Shown here: piece after piece, positions 43,301-50,518 of the stretch | Position numbering within the stretch: position 1 is the stretch's first letter | How the letters are laid out: each line of letters opens with the position of its first letter | NCBI GenBank assembly: GCA_937867305.1 | Contig: CALMKJ010000025.1 | Coordinates: 137,774 to 201,773 of the forward strand | Length of the DNA: 64,000 nt | Reading direction: 5' to 3' | Origin: an uncultured Ectothiorhodospiraceae bacterium | GTDB lineage: Bacteria > Pseudomonadota > Gammaproteobacteria > JAABTG01 | The notes under the pieces: model-generated | The model's input: only the letters and a program-made list of their open reading frames with translations | Told to the model about the DNA's origin: nothing | Database searches by the model: none | Translations under genes and position numbers: made by a program

Positions 43301-45318
43301 CTGTCGTCGAAGCTGTAGGCCTTTCGCTGTCCCGCACCGCCCCTGAGGATGAAGGAAAGCGCATTCCTGGATTTCCAGCCGCTACGATTGACGACGTCCT
43401 GTACGATGGACTTCAGGTTCGGTGTCTCATGAACCTCGTTCATTCTCCACGCTTGGAGAGGAGCGTCTTGCGAGGAGGCATCCCAGGTCACCGAAGCCGT
43501 GGTTTTCGCCCGCTGGGCCAGGTCACGCTCCTCGGCTGTGAAGGGTGCCGCATTGTCGGACGCTTCGCCGTAGATGACGATCGAGGTTCCAGACTCCCTG
43601 GAGTTGCGGCTCGTGAAAACGAGACGAGCGTCGAGAACCTCGGAACCCTGCTCGATCGGGATGTCCTGGAATCGAATCCCGACCGTCTGGGCGGTCTTCT
43701 CCGCGTTCGGCATGTCCAGGATCTTGTCGACCAGCTGCATCGTTCCACTTTCGTCGGCCTGCTCGGCATCATCGTTGCCGGCCCTGACCTGGCGCTGAAG
43801 GGTCTGGAGGGAGCAGCCCGTTCCCTTGCTCGCAGCCTTGTCAAAGGTGTAATTCACTTTGAGCACGGGAGCGAAGTCCGGCTTGCCGTCATGGCTGTAG
43901 ACTGACCTCCAGCCAGTTCCGTCGGCCTTCTCCATGAGGAGAACCAGGTCATTCCCTCCGCACCAATCGTCTCGGCCGACGACATCCTGGAGGATGGCGG
44001 AGAGATCGGGGGATCTCTGCGCCTGTCCCTGGCTGCTCCTCGCTACCCATTCGGCAGTCATCGGCCAGGCCACCGACGTGGACGTCTTGCGCGTGAATTT
44101 CTCTTTCAGGGACTGTTTGCTGGTGTCGAAGGGCTCGGCGTCCCCGACGCTTTCGCCGTAGATGCGCAAGGTCACGGGGTCCGAAAGGGTCCGGGAAGGG
44201 GAGACTTCCAGGACCGCGCTGTCGATGGTGGCGCCCTGGGGGATCCCCAGATTTCGGAAACGCAGGCCCACCCGCTGTTCACCCGGCTTGCCGCTGCCGT
44301 AGACCACGGCGAGCTTCGGGGCGTCACCGCCGCTGTCATACGTCTTCGCCTGCCGCAGCCCGGTTCCCGTCACCAGGATGCCAAGACCGTTTCCCTCCGC
44401 CCAACCCGGGCGGTCGACAATCTCCTGCACGACGGGCGAGAGGTCGGCGGTGACGTATCGTTGCCCACTGGTCCAGGGCGCAACGCCAGACATCACGACC
44501 TTCGCAGTCGTCTGTGTCAGGGCTGCAGTGGAGGGCTTGAGCTTATCCGAAAATACGCCAGCATCGTCCGCCGCCCAGCCCCTGAACTCGAGAGTCGTGT
44601 CCGCTGCGTCGTTCTGGGCAGCCGTGAGCTCCAACTCGGCTGCCGTCACGTACGCGCCCTTCGGGATGGCGACTCCTCGAAACACGATCCCGTCGCGCCG
44701 TGTCCCGTCACCGTCCCTGACCATCTCGAGCTCGGGGCTCGTGAGGTCGAGGCGGCCGGCGCCTACGATGCCGCCGATATAGATCTCCTCCGCGTCGTCC
44801 GCGCTCGCCCCGACGCTCCTGGTGAACGCGGTCTCACGGCCGAAGGCGGGGGTGTCCACCAACTCCAGCCGGCTGCTGAAAAAGTCCATCTCTCCCGTAG
44901 ACTTCAGCTCCTCCACGTCGTCGGCCCCATCCGAGATCCGGGCGAGAACGTCTGCCTGGCCGGACTTGAAGGCGTCCGACGCGTCGGCGTCGATGGGAGC
45001 GACGGGCAGCAGGACCGGGCCCCCGGGGTTGCTGAAGCGCATCAAGCCGATGTTGACGTTGTTCAGACCGTCGAGAAGAGAGTGCAGGGCCTCCTTCATG
45101 TTCTCCAGGCGCGTCTTGCCTGTGCCCGGCACCTGCTCGCTCATGCTCCCCGAGGTGTCGAGTATGATCAGTACGTTGGGCCGGATCCCCTGGGACTGGG
45201 CGAGCTCCTCGGAGCCGACATAGACCTCGGTGTCGTCCGCCAGAGACGCCGCGGGTACGCCGGAGCAGACGCCTGCGGCGAAGGCCAGAAAGAAGGGGAC
45301 CAACGTGCGGCGTTTCAT
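40339..45318 (-). CDS. pilY1: Type IV pilus tip-associated adhesin/biogenesis factor PilY1, unusually long (1,659 aa) with an interrupted vWA domain
   Basis: Signal peptide MKRRTLVPFFLAFAAGVCSGVPAAS. vWA MIDAS 'ILDTSGSM' and distant 'ILLTDGEAN'. C-terminal PilY1 propeller with Ca-loop 'DSDGDGATDRIYVGDTGGQVWRVD' and second loop 'RRDGDGDGT'. Lies between pilX and pilE. Confidence 0.88.
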   Translation of the reverse strand: MKRRTLVPFFLAFAAGVCSGVPAASLADDTEVYVGSEELAQSQGIRPNVLIILDTSGSMSEQVPGTGKTRLENMKEALHSLLDGLNNVNIGLMRFSNPGGPVLLPVAPIDADASDAFKSGQADVLARISDGADDVEELKSTGEMDFFSSRLELVDTPAFGRETAFTRSVGASADDAEEIYIGGIVGAGRLDLTSPELEMVRDGDGTRRDGIVFRGVAIPKGAYVTAAELELTAAQNDAADTTLEFRGWAADDAGVFSDKLKPSTAALTQTTAKVVMSGVAPWTSGQRYVTADLSPVVQEIVDRPGWAEGNGLGILVTGTGLRQAKTYDSGGDAPKLAVVYGSGKPGEQRVGLRFRNLGIPQGATIDSAVLEVSPSRTLSDPVTLRIYGESVGDAEPFDTSKQSLKEKFTRKTSTSVAWPMTAEWVARSSQGQAQRSPDLSAILQDVVGRDDWCGGNDLVLLMEKADGTGWRSVYSHDGKPDFAPVLKVNYTFDKAASKGTGCSLQTLQRQVRAGNDDAEQADESGTMQLVDKILDMPNAEKTAQTVGIRFQDIPIEQGSEVLDARLVFTSRNSRESGTSIVIYGEASDNAAPFTAEERDLAQRAKTTASVTWDASSQDAPLQAWRMNEVHETPNLKSIVQDVVNRSGWKSRNALSFILRGGAGQRKAYSFDDSPAQAPILRITYKARQGSSGGSSASVRQLLKQTVTELQHGGWTPIVDTLYEAARYYRAEGVVHGALRGDGTDGEAATLNTRVSHPSSYKGGTVVREKGCTDANLGAEACRTERIEGNARYVSPIEELCGSNYVILLTDGEANSNHSADLVRSMIGASSCETKLSDGTAVTRGAPPESSEECGIDLGRFLHEKDQLSSLAGHQTVSTYTIGFNLDATDPAQVHAIQFLKDLAKESGGQFRTATTAADLTETFKSFFLDILNRSTSYAAPSVSVNTFNKLYHRNDVYLSLFEPSDRIRWVGNLKKYQLRTDPSECPGGFFTRECSLGEILDREGVEAIGPDGRIKVGISSFWSSGDGNEIQEGGAGRAGPPSGDRRVLTYVVTSPPSYSLSGLTHGVTVSNSSITREMLGLDADADTADRKAMIDWVRGVDVDDEDGDEDRVEDRYSFADPLHSSPLAVTYGGTDKAPVVKLFVGTNDGGLRMIDAENGEEEWIFYPPETLSMQARLRANPNGPHEYGIDGTPTAWRRDGDGDGTIGDSSGDFVRVLFGMRRGGSHYYALDVTPGSPITQPGVIGPTYPTFLWRIDGGSAHYPSLGQTWSQPLVTKLRVGSSGEGGSKVKEYLLFGGGYHESQDTAFGPSPLGNAIYIADPETGERKYWISGTAHSPPGVEVPDMQYPIPSDLTLMDSDGDGATDRIYVGDTGGQVWRVDLSPTPGTDGGIQAVVGKLATVSSSESPKDKRKFFYPPDVVQVLDSKYSGVSRYDLVAIASGDREHPLSEVVTDRLFTFRDFVSNRMDDGNGDGMADGYPRKLVGDSSPGSLVSGAPLQGPLDGPPTVAGDLFDATQVADVEAGGTTNLSRLRSAAGWYLRLTEPGEKGLSSPVVLAGKLFLTTFTPQPTQLGDVCQLMEGGGRLYGLDVLNAEPKFNWDTLSEVTVKDRVYGLAAGIPSGAVPIFQKEGVTLLIGVGGGVEAVNPELSIGPVPTYWFQE

Positions 45319-45352
45319 GCCTGTGTCTCCTGGAGACCCCGGGGGGCGCGCC

Positions 45353-45847
45353 CTAGTTCTGGAAGTTGGGGATGATCTGATAAGCGCCGGCGTGATGAAC
45401 GGAGCGAACGGGAGTGGCCTCGTCCCCGCTCCAGGTCTTCCCCGTGCTCTCGACGTCGAAGTGTTGTGAGCGGAAGAGCTTGGCGCTGAACAGGGATCCC
45501 ACGGGAGGGAGGTATTCTCCGTTCCGGCGTATCGCATAGGTGACTTCTCCCACCTTCCGCTGCGAATCGGAGAGCTTGATCGTTTCTTCGGGGAGCGGGG
45601 AGACCTCGGAAAGCGTCTTCGTTCCGAATGCGCGGGCAAGCCCGGTCTCCGCGATCTGAAATGCCCGGGTGCTCTCCTGCGTGTTCGCCGCCATCTTCTC
45701 CTCCAGGGAGGTGGTGCTCATCGTGCTCAGGCCGAGCAGTGTGAGCACCGCGAGAAGGATGAGAGAGACGATCAAAACGGCGCCGCGCTGGGCGGAGGGA
45801 CGGCGCGGGCGCGGGCAGGCCGCTCTGGTTCTGGGGTTGGCGATCAT
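45353..45847 (-). CDS. pilX: Type IV pilus minor pilin/assembly protein PilX
   Basis: PilX_N-type hydrophobic N-terminus 'QRGAVLIVSLILLAVLTLLGLSTMSTTSLEEKMAAN'. ATG 45847 overlaps the pilW stop (ATGA). Confidence 0.8.
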   Translation of the reverse strand: MIANPRTRAACPRPRRPSAQRGAVLIVSLILLAVLTLLGLSTMSTTSLEEKMAANTQESTRAFQIAETGLARAFGTKTLSEVSPLPEETIKLSDSQRKVGEVTYAIRRNGEYLPPVGSLFSAKLFRSQHFDVESTGKTWSGDEATPVRSVHHAGAYQIIPNFQN

Positions 45848-47013
45848 GTACGGTTCCGCAGATAGACCGTGGTGGTGAACACGCGGCGCCGGACGCGCAG
45901 GTCGGGTGGATCCACGCAGCCGGAACCCTTGGCGCATTTATCGAGACTCGCGAAGGACCCGCCTGAAAAGACGTCGTACACCCGAGTGTCCGGCTGCGCT
46001 CCCTGCTCGTCCACGGTTCGCAGGAGCAGCCCCAGCCGGACGCTCACGACGCTCCGCCACTCCTCGGGGGTGTCGAGCTTCTGGGCCCCGGCACCGACGT
46101 ATTCCTCCGGGGCGTCCCCGCTGGCGATGCCATAGAGGATCTGCATGTCCTCGACGCCCGAAGCGAGCTCGTCGTCCACGACGAAGACCTCGCCGGGGTC
46201 GTGCGCGCCGTTCCCGTTTCTGTCCTCCCATCGCAACGTCTGGCGGTAGAGCGAACGGTGGCCGGGACCCCCGCTGCCGACTCCCACGTAATAGCGGGCG
46301 GCGTGCAGGGGGAACAGCCGGGGATAGAAGTCGTTCGTCGCCGTCGTTTGGAAATAACGAGAGGCGGAAGCGTACTTCGGCGACGCCGTGGTTACCGCAG
46401 TTCCGGAGGCCTGCGAAACCTTGAACAGGACGCCAGCAGTGCAATCCACGACACCGGCGTATCCTTCAGCGACGACAAGGGGTGTGCCTTCGACCGAGAG
46501 GCTCGCGACCGTTCCCTCGGCGCTCTGTCCGAGACCCCCGAGGTAGCGGACTGTCACTGCGTCGGTGCCTGCGATGATGCGGGAAGTGTCTTCCGGGGAC
46601 CCCTTCGTCACCGAAGGGCTCGCCCAGGCGGACCAGAGCGAGGTGCCCGGCTGGACGTTGTCCAGCCCCTCCAACCCGACTCCGGGCTCTGCGCCCGGCA
46701 GCGATTCGGGGACGCCGAGGTCCCAGAGGACCCCTCGCGGGTCGCCGGCGGTCATGGCGATGTTCGAGACCGACCCGACGTTGTCGACGCAGCCGACCCC
46801 CCCCGCCATTCGCAGGTCCCGCAGCATGGTCTCGAGCGCGAAGCGGGCGTTCTCCTGGAGCCTGGAGAGGCCGCTGGTGACTTCGTGCGTGCTCTTGTTG
46901 GACAGAAAGACGGAGATGGCCCCGGCGGTCAGCAGGAGACCGACCACGAGTGCCACCATCAGCTCCACCAGGCTCAGGCCGCGCGCGAAGCGGGTGCGGG
47001 ACGTCGGGCCCAT
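45844..47013 (-). CDS. pilW: Type IV pilus minor pilin PilW
   Basis: 'RFARG|LSLVELMVALVVGLLLTAGAISVF...LQENARFALETMLRDLRMAG'. Start at internal ATG 47013, 3 nt after the pilV stop. Confidence 0.85.
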   Translation of the reverse strand: MGPTSRTRFARGLSLVELMVALVVGLLLTAGAISVFLSNKSTHEVTSGLSRLQENARFALETMLRDLRMAGGVGCVDNVGSVSNIAMTAGDPRGVLWDLGVPESLPGAEPGVGLEGLDNVQPGTSLWSAWASPSVTKGSPEDTSRIIAGTDAVTVRYLGGLGQSAEGTVASLSVEGTPLVVAEGYAGVVDCTAGVLFKVSQASGTAVTTASPKYASASRYFQTTATNDFYPRLFPLHAARYYVGVGSGGPGHRSLYRQTLRWEDRNGNGAHDPGEVFVVDDELASGVEDMQILYGIASGDAPEEYVGAGAQKLDTPEEWRSVVSVRLGLLLRTVDEQGAQPDTRVYDVFSGGSFASLDKCAKGSGCVDPPDLRVRRRVFTTTVYLRNRT

Positions 47014-47015
47014 CG

Positions 47016-47552
47016 TCAGGGTCTCCAGACCTGGTCGAAGGTCCAGGTCTGCTGCTTTTCGAGGGGGTCCTTCGAGCCACGGTCCTGCCAGCGGATGGTG
47101 ACCTCGAACCGATCGTCGTTGTAGTCGTGGGGCGTCCCCTTTCCGTTCGGTTGCGTAAGGTCCGCGTTGCCGGACGGCAGGGCAGCGTCCAGGGCCTTGG
47201 TCCAACAACACATGTCGTTGGCCACGTCCGTGGATACGCCTGGGTTGCAGGCGCAGACCTTCGGGTCGGGTTCCTGGTCAACGTACTGGGGCGCTCTCGC
47301 CCGATTGGCCCGCATGAGGTCCATGATCTCGTACGCGAGGTAGGTCGCCTGGCTCCGGGCGTAGGCGTCGTGGTTGAACTTGACCCCGCGCGTCTGCAGC
47401 GCCGCGAGGCCCAGCAGGCCGATGGCGAGGACGAGGAGGGCGACGAGTACCTCCAGCAGGCTGAAGCCTCGGAGGCCGGGCCGTGGGTAGGGAGTGCCCG
47501 ATGCCCTGCCGTCACCGCAACGGTGGCCGGAGCCTGGGGCGGTGCGAGTCAT
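47016..47552 (-). CDS. pilV: Type IV pilus modification protein / minor pilin PilV
   Basis: 'G|FSLLEVLVALLVLAIGLLGLAALQ'. ATG 47552 is the only in-frame start and overlaps the upstream stop. This gives a 28-aa leader. Confidence 0.85.
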   Translation of the reverse strand: MTRTAPGSGHRCGDGRASGTPYPRPGLRGFSLLEVLVALLVLAIGLLGLAALQTRGVKFNHDAYARSQATYLAYEIMDLMRANRARAPQYVDQEPDPKVCACNPGVSTDVANDMCCWTKALDAALPSGNADLTQPNGKGTPHDYNDDRFEVTIRWQDRGSKDPLEKQQTWTFDQVWRP

Positions 47553-48094
47553 GGCGTGCAGTCCTCGAGGGGCGGTCTGGTCACCTGGGCCCGGCCGACA
47601 CCGGCGACCTCGACCTGGCGGCCCCTGGCCGGTCCCCGCTCGTCACAGAGGGCCAGGGCGAATGACGCACCCCCCGTGGTGCTGCCGTCTGACGAAAAGG
47701 AGAGTGTGCCGCCGCTCGCGCGAACGCTCACCGCCGCCGGGACCGAGCCGTTTCGGCGGAGGATGTCCCCCTCGCTGTCCGGTTCCCTGTTCCCGTTCTC
47801 GTCCGTGAATACCACCCAGCCCCCGCCCCAGTCGGTGCCGCCGTCACAGGTGGGCACGGCCGCGCCGGGTGCAGCGGAACTGCAGACGGCGACCGGAAAG
47901 CGCCGCTTGACCGCCTCGCTCCTGGCCAGACTCAGATGCGCCACCAGGTTATTGGCCTCGGTCACGAGCCGGTTGTTGCGCACCAGGTCCTGGAGGGCCG
48001 GGACGCCGATGACGAGCAGGATGGCCGCCACCGTGACGACGATGACGAGCTCGACCAGCGTGAATCCCTGGGCCCGGCCCATGACCGGCCTCAT
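47549..48094 (-). CDS. fimU: GspH/FimT/FimU-family minor pilin
   Basis: 'MRPVMGRAQG|FTLVELVIVVTVAAILLVIGVPAL...NNLVAHLSLARSEAV'. Starts possible at 48094 or 48082. Sits directly upstream of pilV, like P. aeruginosa fimU. Confidence 0.8.
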   Translation of the reverse strand: MRPVMGRAQGFTLVELVIVVTVAAILLVIGVPALQDLVRNNRLVTEANNLVAHLSLARSEAVKRRFPVAVCSSAAPGAAVPTCDGGTDWGGGWVVFTDENGNREPDSEGDILRRNGSVPAAVSVRASGGTLSFSSDGSTTGGASFALALCDERGPARGRQVEVAGVGRAQVTRPPLEDCTP

Positions 48095-48381
48095 GGGACG
48101 GCAGGACGCGGCGGCGCCGTGCGGCACGCATAGGCGGCGGCGTTGTCCACGGTCCAGTCGGGCCGGCAGCTGCGGCCCAGGTGGTCGGCCACGATGCAGA
48201 GGCTGCGGGGCGACTCCGCGACCACGATGCTCGCCCTGCTGCCGTCGCTGCAGGCGACGGTGTAGTAGTGCTTGCCGTCCCTGCCCAGGTCGGTCACGCG
48301 GGTCACGGTCGCCCCGCTGGCCGACAACGCCGGAAGGAGGGTGAGGAAGAGGGCGAGCGGTTGCAGTGTCCTCAGCTTCAT
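48091..48381 (-). CDS. Small exported protein (96 aa, signal peptide, 4 Cys), first gene of the minor-pilin operon; unknown function
   Basis: MKLRTLQPLALFLTLLPALSASG|ATVTRV... Its stop overlaps the fimU ATG 48094 by 4 nt. No family recognised. Confidence 0.5.
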   Translation of the reverse strand: MKLRTLQPLALFLTLLPALSASGATVTRVTDLGRDGKHYYTVACSDGSRASIVVAESPRSLCIVADHLGRSCRPDWTVDNAAAYACRTAPPRPAVP

Positions 48382-48625
48382 CGGGTACCCCAGGCGTCTG
48401 CCCTGAGCGTTCGGTCGGTCTCCGCCGTCGTTTCGGCGGATCCATCGGGCACGGCGGCGAGGGCAGGCGCGCAGCCAAGCCGTGTCCGGGGAGGGAATTA
48501 GCAAGAGGAGGGTATTCTGTCAGTCGGCATCCGACGAACGGTCAGCCGGGGCCGACGGGGGGCATCAAGCCCGGCAGCAGAAAAGTCGGTGGCAGGGCCA
48601 CTGAGCCAGCTCTCGGCAAAGGGGC

Positions 48626-48654
48626 TTAACCGCACCGCGACCGGCCGCTATACT
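48626..48654 (+). promoter_or_regulatory. Candidate sigma-70 promoter for tRNA-Thr
   Basis: TTAACC (48626-48631), 17-nt spacer, TATACT (48649-48654). The -10 ends 13 nt before the mature tRNA 5' end. Confidence 0.45.
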
Positions 48655-48667
48655 CTGTCGCCAGCGT

Positions 48668-48743
48668 GCCGGTGTAGCTCAGTCGGTAGAGCAACTGATT
48701 CGTAATTAGTAGGTCGGGGGTTCGACTCCCTCCACCGGCACCA
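48668..48743 (+). tRNA. tRNA-Thr (anticodon CGT)
   Basis: GCCGGTGTAGCTCAGTCGGTAGAGCAACTGATTCGTAATTAGTAGGTCGGGGGTTCGACTCCCTCCACCGGCACCA. Acceptor GCCGGTG/CACCGGC, anticodon loop TTCGTAA, encoded CCA. Confidence 0.93.
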
Positions 48744-48753
48744 ATAAAAACAA

Positions 48754-49338
48754 ATGGTTAGAAGAAGCGAAGGGCGGCGGGGAAAGGACAAAGACCTGGA
48801 CCTGGTTGGTCGCTGCTTCGCCGCCAGACGGGGCCGCCGGGACCCGCCCGGGCGTCCCCTCGATGACCGGCCCTCTCCGAGCCCCCGCTCGCGCCAATCG
48901 CTCCGAGGGGGCGCCATCGCGCTGCTCGTTTTCTGGTCCGCCGGCCTGGCGACGGCGGACGAGCTTGAGCATCAGGACTCCTGGCTCAGTCTGGTCCCTG
49001 GGCGCTTCGTATTGGTCGGCCGGGAACCGGACAACGGGGCGGCTTATGCGGGGTCCGCAGTGATCACGCAGACCGGCAATGCCTTTTCTCTCGAGAGAAC
49101 GATTGGAGCGAGAAGAGTGATTGCCCGCGGCAGCATCGAGGTATCAAGCCCTCCCGGCGAGGGGAACGTGTTGCGCTTTCGCTGGAAGGACCAGGACGAA
49201 CACCTGATGACTTGCCTCGTTCAGGGCGATCTCGACAACTACGCGCGGTTGACCTGTCACTGGGTGCTCGAGGGAAAGAAGCACGGTGCACCGGGGTTGG
49301 AGGCGTATTTTTCCACCGAGGCCTGGTCTGACGATTGA
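48754..49338 (+). CDS. Hypothetical protein: basic low-complexity N-terminus, one hydrophobic segment, ~125-aa C-terminal domain of unknown family
   Basis: The only sizeable ORF in this gap. The only in-frame canonical start is ATG 48754, 10 nt after the tRNA. Hydrophobic 'GGAIALLVFWSAGLATA' at aa ~52-68. Visibly lower GC than the core genes. Confidence 0.4.
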   Translation: MVRRSEGRRGKDKDLDLVGRCFAARRGRRDPPGRPLDDRPSPSPRSRQSLRGGAIALLVFWSAGLATADELEHQDSWLSLVPGRFVLVGREPDNGAAYAGSAVITQTGNAFSLERTIGARRVIARGSIEVSSPPGEGNVLRFRWKDQDEHLMTCLVQGDLDNYARLTCHWVLEGKKHGAPGLEAYFSTEAWSDD

Positions 49339-49436
49339 CAAGGCACGCCCCTGCACCTGACACCTGCGTAAGCGATGCGTGAACCCTTCGCTTGCAGTCC
49401 GCGTTCGTAGCGGAGGGGGCATCACGGGGCCGGCCC

Positions 49437-50105
49437 TCAGTCCTTCTGGTACTCGGGCGCGCGTGGGCCATACAGAATCCCGTTTGGGCGGCCCGCCGAC
49501 AGCAAGCGGTTCGCGGTTACGCCGGCGGTCGCGTGGCCCTGGCTCATGACGTTCTCGAGGACTTGCGAGAGGAGGGCCTCTACGAGCATGCCCACCAGGC
49601 CACCACCGGAACTGCCGCGGCCTTCTGCGCTGGAGGCGGTGGCCTCGCCTGCCCACAGGACTTCGCCGGACCTCAGGTCGACGAGCCGGGCCGCGGCTGT
49701 CACCCGCGTTTCACTGGAGACCACGGCGTAGCTGGTGCCGTACTGCTTCACCTCGATATACAGCACCGCGTCTGCGCCGAAGATCTCCCTCAGCTTGACG
49801 AGCCCGACATCGTGCATCTCGGCCGGGTTGACCAGCCCATTCTGCCGAAACGTCTCGTCCACCAGCGCCACCGGGAGGACGTAATAGCCGGCCTCGGAAA
49901 GGGGCATCGTCACCTGCGACAGCACGCTATAGGTCGCCCTGACGTCCGGCGAGGCGTTCAGCGGAGGCAGCACCAGGATCGAGGCCGGACGGCTCTGCTT
50001 GTATTGGTAATAGTCGTAGGGTTTCGGGGTGGAGACTGCGCATCCTGCTCCGAGCGTGGCCAGCGTCAGGGCGAAGAGGCCGCTCGTGCAGCGAGTGACA
50101 CGCAT
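49437..50105 (-). CDS. DUF799-family lipoprotein (GNA1162-like)
   Basis: Lipobox 'LATLGAGC'. 'ILVLPPLNASPDVRATYSVLSQVTMPLSEAGYYVLPVALVDETFRQNGL...DAVLYIEVKQYG', characteristic of this family as I recall it. Third gene of the lipoprotein operon. Confidence 0.72.
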   Translation of the reverse strand: MRVTRCTSGLFALTLATLGAGCAVSTPKPYDYYQYKQSRPASILVLPPLNASPDVRATYSVLSQVTMPLSEAGYYVLPVALVDETFRQNGLVNPAEMHDVGLVKLREIFGADAVLYIEVKQYGTSYAVVSSETRVTAAARLVDLRSGEVLWAGEATASSAEGRGSSGGGLVGMLVEALLSQVLENVMSQGHATAGVTANRLLSAGRPNGILYGPRAPEYQKD

Positions 50106-50114
50106 CGCACCCCC

Positions 50115-50468
50115 TTATTTTCCGGGCTGGCCCGACTTGAACTTATGCAGGAGGAAATCCATGTAGGCGGAAGACTCGGGGAACTGTGTCTTCTCCATCT
50201 CGAGCTGTTGGCGGAACTGATCGTCCCGGGCGACCCCGCCGTACAACAACCCCAGGTGGGCGTTGAATCCGGGGGGCAGGGCCAGCCCTTTGCTGCGCGC
50301 CTTCTCCACTTCGGACTCGAGGGCCAGGATCTGAGCCTCGGGGCCCTTTTCGCCCTTGAAATACTCGTAGAGCTGTGGCTGGTAGCCGCCCCAGTGATAC
50401 AGCGGTTGGCGCTGTGCGGCGCACCCGGCGAGCAAGACGGCGGCGGCAACCGAGGACGCCCGGGTCAT
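50115..50468 (-). CDS. DUF4810-family lipoprotein
   Basis: Lipobox 'VLLAGC' after start MTRASS... (ATG 50468; alternatives at 50492 and 50537). 'LYHWGGYQPQLYEYFKGE...LPPGFNAHLGLLY'. Lies 9 nt upstream of the DUF799 gene. Confidence 0.65.
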   Translation of the reverse strand: MTRASSVAAAVLLAGCAAQRQPLYHWGGYQPQLYEYFKGEKGPEAQILALESEVEKARSKGLALPPGFNAHLGLLYGGVARDDQFRQQLEMEKTQFPESSAYMDFLLHKFKSGQPGK

Positions 50469-50518
50469 CCCCCTGACTGCGATGAGCGACATCCGCGCCC
50501 CTGGCCGCACACCCCGCT

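Noticed and set aside
40609-43905. 1,098-aa plus-strand ORF opposite pilY1
   Set aside because: Antisense to the pilY1 frame, which has a signal peptide, vWA, propeller and Ca-loop motifs. The plus-strand product has no features.
47469-47552. Suspiciously long 28-aa leader on PilV, considered as a mis-called start
   Set aside because: No other ATG, GTG or TTG exists in frame before the G|FSLLE cleavage site. ATG 47552 overlaps the fimU stop in the usual 4-nt coupling arrangement. PilV-type minor pilins are known to have longer leaders.
48462-48477. Sigma-54-like element TGGCTG-N5-CTGC (minus strand) upstream of the pilus operon
   Set aside because: The -12 region deviates from consensus (CTGC rather than TTGC). 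GG-N10-GC is expected by chance in GC-rich DNA, and minor-pilin operons are not known to me to be RpoN-dependent. It is mentioned only as context.
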